Below the pieces are notes generated by a model. That model had not been told where the DNA came from. It did no database searches and saw only the letters and a list, made by a program, of their open reading frames with translations. Source: Myxococcales bacterium (GTDB lineage: Bacteria; Myxococcota_A; Polyangia; Polyangiales; Polyangiaceae). Taken from it: 64,000 nt of DNA. Of the stretch, positions 59,890 through 64,000 are shown piece after piece (the stretch's first letter is position 1; the number at the start of each line of letters is the position of its first letter). The stretch lies in contig JAYTOU010000077.1 in assembly GCA_043747615.1 (NCBI GenBank), forward strand, positions 1-64,000, given 5' to 3'. Position numbers and translations under genes: made by a program.

Positions 59890-61185
59890 ATGAGACGAAT
59901 TCTCGCGAGCGCTCTTTTGCTCTCCTGGCACCTGCTGCCGGGCTGCGCTGCCTCGCCAGGGATGGTCCGCGCGGCAGAGGACGGCGACAGCAAGACGCTG
60001 CGCACGGAGATCGAAGCGCGCCATAAAGTCGGAAGTCTCACGAACGGCGAAGCGGCGAAGGTGGCCCACGCGGTGGCCAACCGGGAGATCAAGACGGCGC
60101 GCGGTGAAGACGCGGCCAAGCGGGTACGCGAAGTGAGGGGCTGCGCCGTGGAGCTGGACGACGCGCTTGCCGATCGCATGAAGACGCACGATGAGGCGGG
60201 CGCCGAAGCCGCCATGGCTCGACTCGATCTCGGGAGGCTCGATGCTGCCGACGTTCGACCGTACGTGGCGGACAAGAACGACGTGTGGCGAGCGGTCGGC
60301 GTGCGCGGGCTTGCGCGCGAGGAAGATCATCCGGCGCGCGTTCGGGCGATGAGCGATCCCAGCCCGCGCGTGCGGCGTTCGGCGATACGTGTCGCGACTT
60401 CGGCCCGTGACGCATCGGAGATCGAGCCTCTCGCCGAGGCCGCGCGGGTGGATCCGGAGCCCATGGTGCGGAGCGACGCGGTGCGCGCGCTGGGGGCACG
60501 CGGTGGAGAGAGAGTGGCCTCGATCCTCCGTGATTTGTGGGCGAACGCCGATGACGGGGTTCGCGAAGACATCGCCATCGCCTGGGCGGTGCCCGACACG
60601 TTTGCGCATGGTGGGCGGGAATCGCTGCGCGTGCTCATCGCGTCGAAGACCGGTCCTGGGGCGATCTCCGGAGCAGCTGCCGTCGCGAGATCAGCGGCGA
60701 GCGACCGCGAGCTCCGCGATTTGGCGGTCGGGCTCCTCGTCCGCAGCATCGCCAGCGCCCCGCGTCGGGATCGGCTCCACGCTATCGCGGCCGCATCGCT
60801 CGGGGATGCCGAGGTCGTGAGCGCGATGCGAAAAGCAGCCCACGAGGACGACGTGGAGACGAAGGTGTCGGCATGCGCACGCCTCCTCGAGAGCGCGCCC
60901 GACCATGCCGAGGCGGTGCAAAGCCTGGAAACCATTGCCGGCCAGAACTACGGCGTCCTCTCGGGCCGCGCTCGCTTTGCCCTCGCCAGCGCCGGCGACC
61001 TGCGAATTCAAGCGTGGATCGAGGCCGATCTCCTCGCGTCAGACCCCAACACGCGTCTGTCTGCCGTGGGATCTCTTGCGGCCCTCGGGCGTTCGGCGCG
61101 GGGCGCGCTCCTCCTCGCGGACCCCGATCCAAGCGTCCGCGCGACCGCCGCCTGCACCCTTCTATCGTCCACGCGCACCAGGTAG
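59890..61185 (+). CDS. HEAT-repeat lipoprotein
   Basis: Lipobox LPGC; DPSPRVRRSA, DPEPMVRSDAVRALG, DPDPSVRATAA. Confidence 0.82.
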   Translation: MRRILASALLLSWHLLPGCAASPGMVRAAEDGDSKTLRTEIEARHKVGSLTNGEAAKVAHAVANREIKTARGEDAAKRVREVRGCAVELDDALADRMKTHDEAGAEAAMARLDLGRLDAADVRPYVADKNDVWRAVGVRGLAREEDHPARVRAMSDPSPRVRRSAIRVATSARDASEIEPLAEAARVDPEPMVRSDAVRALGARGGERVASILRDLWANADDGVREDIAIAWAVPDTFAHGGRESLRVLIASKTGPGAISGAAAVARSAASDRELRDLAVGLLVRSIASAPRRDRLHAIAAASLGDAEVVSAMRKAAHEDDVETKVSACARLLESAPDHAEAVQSLETIAGQNYGVLSGRARFALASAGDLRIQAWIEADLLASDPNTRLSAVGSLAALGRSARGALLLADPDPSVRATAACTLLSSTRTR

Positions 61186-61234
61186 CCGAACGCATTGACA
61201 CGCCGCTTTCTCGCCTCGTACAACCGCGGGTAGC

Positions 61235-62176
61235 ATGCCTAAAGCTATCTTCACGCTTGCGCTAGCCGTCGCCGTCGCGCTCCAGACCGGCTGTATCAAG
61301 TCGATGCTCACCAACGGGCAGATCAGCGCGACCCGCGAAGCCGCGGGATCATTCGAGACGATCGGCGACTACGAGCTCGCCAAGTCCGCGGCGATGGCCG
61401 GCATGGTGCAGTTCGAGGGCATGCACAAGCTCGCGCCCGACAACGACGACGCGCTCTTCATGTTGATGCAAGGGTGGACGGGCTACGGCTATGCGTTCGC
61501 CGAAGACGACCGCGAAGCAGCGATGGAAGCAGGCGACGACGATCTGGCGGAGTACCACCGCAAGCGCGCGCGAATGGCCTACGACAGGGCCATTTTTTAC
61601 GGCGTCGAGCTCCTCACGCATCACGACAAAGGGTGGAATGAGGCTCGCCGCAACGACGGTCTCTTCAAGGCCTGGCTCAAAGAAAACTTTGACGACAAAG
61701 AGGACGCGCCGCTGCTCCTCTGGATGGGAAATGCCTGGCTCGCGCGCGTTCAGCTCAATGCGGACGAACCTGCGCTCGTGGCGGAGCTCTTCATCGGCAT
61801 CGCGTTTCTCGAGCAGAGTCTCCGTCTCGATCCCACCGCGCAGCACTACTCGGCGATGACGAACCTCGGCGCGTACCATTCGCGCACGGTCGAAGCGGAG
61901 CCCGAGCTCGCAAAGCAGATGTACGAGACGGCCCTCGCCAAGACGGATCGCAAATCGCTCATCGTGCAGGTGTCGTATGCCAAGGGATACGCCTGCGTCC
62001 GTGCCGAGCGCCCCCTCTACGAGAAGCTCCTCAACGAGGTGCTCGCCGCGGACGACCCTGACCCCGCCCAGCGTCTCACGAACGCCGTCGCCAAGCGCCG
62101 GGCGAAACGGTACCTCGGCAAAAAGACGATGATGGACTGCGGCTTCGACATGTCGATCCCCGCACCGAAAAAGTGA
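61235..62176 (+). CDS. tatT: TPAT-system T component (TatT, TRAP-associated lipoprotein)
   Basis: Lipobox QTGC; DYELAKSA...LAPDN, YGYAF, helical repeats; directly upstream of dctP. Confidence 0.85.
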   Translation: MPKAIFTLALAVAVALQTGCIKSMLTNGQISATREAAGSFETIGDYELAKSAAMAGMVQFEGMHKLAPDNDDALFMLMQGWTGYGYAFAEDDREAAMEAGDDDLAEYHRKRARMAYDRAIFYGVELLTHHDKGWNEARRNDGLFKAWLKENFDDKEDAPLLLWMGNAWLARVQLNADEPALVAELFIGIAFLEQSLRLDPTAQHYSAMTNLGAYHSRTVEAEPELAKQMYETALAKTDRKSLIVQVSYAKGYACVRAERPLYEKLLNEVLAADDPDPAQRLTNAVAKRRAKRYLGKKTMMDCGFDMSIPAPKK

Positions 62177-62314
62177 ATCTTCGGGGCGCACTCCCCGTCG
62201 AACGGGGTGCACTCTTCCGTCCAAGCTGCGGCGACGCGCATGTTCCCGAGACCTACTTACGGTGACTCTTACTGCAAGTCGGTTCAGTAGTCTGTTCTCA
62301 AGGAGGTAAGTCGA

Positions 62315-63349
62315 ATGCTTCGAAGATTTAGCGTGTTGTTTGCCATGCTCGTGGCCGTCGCGATCGTCCTCGGGGCGAGCTCGTCAGCGAGGGCCGACAC
62401 GACGACCCTGAAGCTGGGCACCCTGGCCCCGGCCGAGTCGCCGTGGGGAAAAGTATTTAAGGTTTGGCAAAGGGGGATCAACGAACGCACCGGCGGCGCC
62501 GTGGCCATCCAGTTTTTCTGGAACGGTCAGCAGGGCGACGAGACGGCGATGGTCGGCAAGATCCGCACGGGGCAACTCGACGGCGCGGCCATCACCGCGG
62601 TCGGCCTCGGCCAGATCTACAAGCAGGTGCTCGTCCTCCAGCTCCCGGGGCTCTTCAGCAGCTGGGAAAAGCTCGACGCCGCGCGCGAAAAGATGAAGCC
62701 GGTGTTCGACGCCGAATACGAGAAGGCGGGCTTCAAGTCCCTCGGCTCGGGTGACGTCGGCGCCGCCCACATGATGTGCCGTGGCTTCCAGATCCACAGC
62801 CCGAAAGACATGAAGAAGCGCGGCACCTTCTACTTGAAGGGCGATCCAATCGCGCCGATGCTCTACTCGATCATCGGCGACATCACCCCCAAAGAGGTCA
62901 CCGTCCCCGAGATCACGACCGGCCTCACTTCCGGTACGCTCAACGTCGTCAACGCGCCCCCGCTCGTTGCCGAGCAACTCCAGTGGGCGCCGCAGCTCGA
63001 TCAGATCGACACCATGGTCAGCGGCTACGGCATTGGCTCGCTCGTCTTCTCGTCGGCGAAGTTCAAGTCGCTCCCCGCCGACGTGCAGACCGCCATCTCG
63101 GAGACCGGCGCGCTCGCTGCCCAGGCGCTCACCAAGTCCATCCGCAACGCGGACCTCGCGGCGTACAACCGCCTTGCGGTCGGCAATCCCGGTGCGACGC
63201 CCCCCGTCCCCGCGCGGATGACCACCTACAGCCATACGGACGCAGAGAAAGCCGAGTGGACGAAGCTCTTTGCCGAGACGCGCGCCAAGTTGAAGGGCTC
63301 GACCTTCAACGCCGAAGTGATGCAGGCCGTGGAAGACGCCGCCAAGTAG
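62315..63349 (+). CDS. dctP: TRAP solute-binding protein DctP (TatP type)
   Basis: AAGGAGG SD; LKLGTLAPAESPW, QGDE..MV.KIR.GQLDGA. Confidence 0.92.
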   Translation: MLRRFSVLFAMLVAVAIVLGASSSARADTTTLKLGTLAPAESPWGKVFKVWQRGINERTGGAVAIQFFWNGQQGDETAMVGKIRTGQLDGAAITAVGLGQIYKQVLVLQLPGLFSSWEKLDAAREKMKPVFDAEYEKAGFKSLGSGDVGAAHMMCRGFQIHSPKDMKKRGTFYLKGDPIAPMLYSIIGDITPKEVTVPEITTGLTSGTLNVVNAPPLVAEQLQWAPQLDQIDTMVSGYGIGSLVFSSAKFKSLPADVQTAISETGALAAQALTKSIRNADLAAYNRLAVGNPGATPPVPARMTTYSHTDAEKAEWTKLFAETRAKLKGSTFNAEVMQAVEDAAK

Positions 63350-63400
63350 GCCACACGTTCTGTAGCCGCGCGTCGTAGAGCGGCTCCCATGCCGTAGTTC

Positions 63401-63439
63401 AAGCCCTGCGATGCCCGAGCGTCGCGGGGCTTCGTTTTT
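63401..63439 (+). terminator. Rho-independent terminator after dctP
   Basis: AAGCCCTGCGATGC-CCGA-GCGTCGCGGGGCTT stem followed by CGTTTTT. Confidence 0.8.
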
Positions 63440-63475
63440 GTACATGCGAGCAATGCCTGGTCTACGCTCGCCCGG

Positions 63476-64000
63476 ATGCCCGACGACACCGACTCCGAGC
63501 CAAAAGCGAAGCAACTCGAGCCGCCGCCTTGGAAAAAAGAGGCCTGGGGTGCGCCGCTCCTCCGTTTCGATAGCGCCTGGACTCGCCTCGAAGCACGCAT
63601 GTGCGCGTGGGTGCTCATCGGCGAGATCGTTGCACTCTGCATATGGATCTCACTGAAGGGGCTGTCTGCGGAGTATGGCGCGGGGGACAGCTCGGGCATC
63701 GTCTTTCGCGGGCTCGTCGGCGCGCTCGTCCTCGGCTTCGGCGTGCACCGCCTGACCATGCCCAAAGACGCGCACACCGGCGACAGCCTCGAGGACAAGG
63801 CGAATCGCAACCACGCTATCGCCGTGACCAGCGCCGTCGTGGTGGGTTTCTTAGGAGCGCGCGCCTGGGCGAGCAGCGGGTCCACTTACTTCTCGAACCT
63901 CCTCAATTGGATGCAGACCGCATCTTTTCTCACTCTCATCGGAGGGCTTCGCGGCGTTGCCACGCGCTTGACGTTGTGGCTCGCGCTGCTCGGCGGGTCC
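63476..64000 (+). CDS. TRAP permease subunit (DctQ-like), runs off the window end
   Basis: MPDDTDSEP...WTRLEARMCAWVL..., several TM segments, LTLWLALLGGS; follows dctP. Confidence 0.75.
   Translation, partial: MPDDTDSEPKAKQLEPPPWKKEAWGAPLLRFDSAWTRLEARMCAWVLIGEIVALCIWISLKGLSAEYGAGDSSGIVFRGLVGALVLGFGVHRLTMPKDAHTGDSLEDKANRNHAIAVTSAVVVGFLGARAWASSGSTYFSNLLNWMQTASFLTLIGGLRGVATRLTLWLALLGGS

Overview
High-GC bacterial chromosomal window. Gene content (MYXO-CTERM-like protease, Cys/DAG-rich lipoproteins, HEAT-repeat proteins, ECF cassettes, Uma2) points to a myxobacterium, probably Sorangiineae/Polyangia (inference). Housekeeping and metabolic genes include pilQ, an M1 aminopeptidase, pyrG, mutL-miaA, hppD-hmgA, dacB, an RpoD-like sigma factor and a TPAT/TRAP operon. 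A ~13 kb cluster carries gmhA, gmhB, hddA, hddC, a transaldolase, a GT2, a GT-C-like protein, a GMC oxidoreductase and methyltransferases, suggesting heptose-based surface glycosylation. Main observations: (1) two copies of a three-gene module (outer-membrane beta-barrel-like protein, ECF sigma, membrane anti-sigma-like protein) plus an orphan anti-sigma-like gene; (2) a bipartite motif ACGG-N14-GGCCAYT found at both modules and upstream of a Cys-rich lipoprotein gene, suggesting an ECF regulon; (3) a dif-like Xer site at 48055-48082 inside a ~5 kb zone of gene remnants; (4) a 60-bp AT-rich codon patch inside an ABC solute-binding gene; (5) a possible pseudoknotted intergenic RNA. No rRNA, tRNA, CRISPR array, integrase or transposase was recognised. 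All calls are from reading the sequence by eye; no searches were run.
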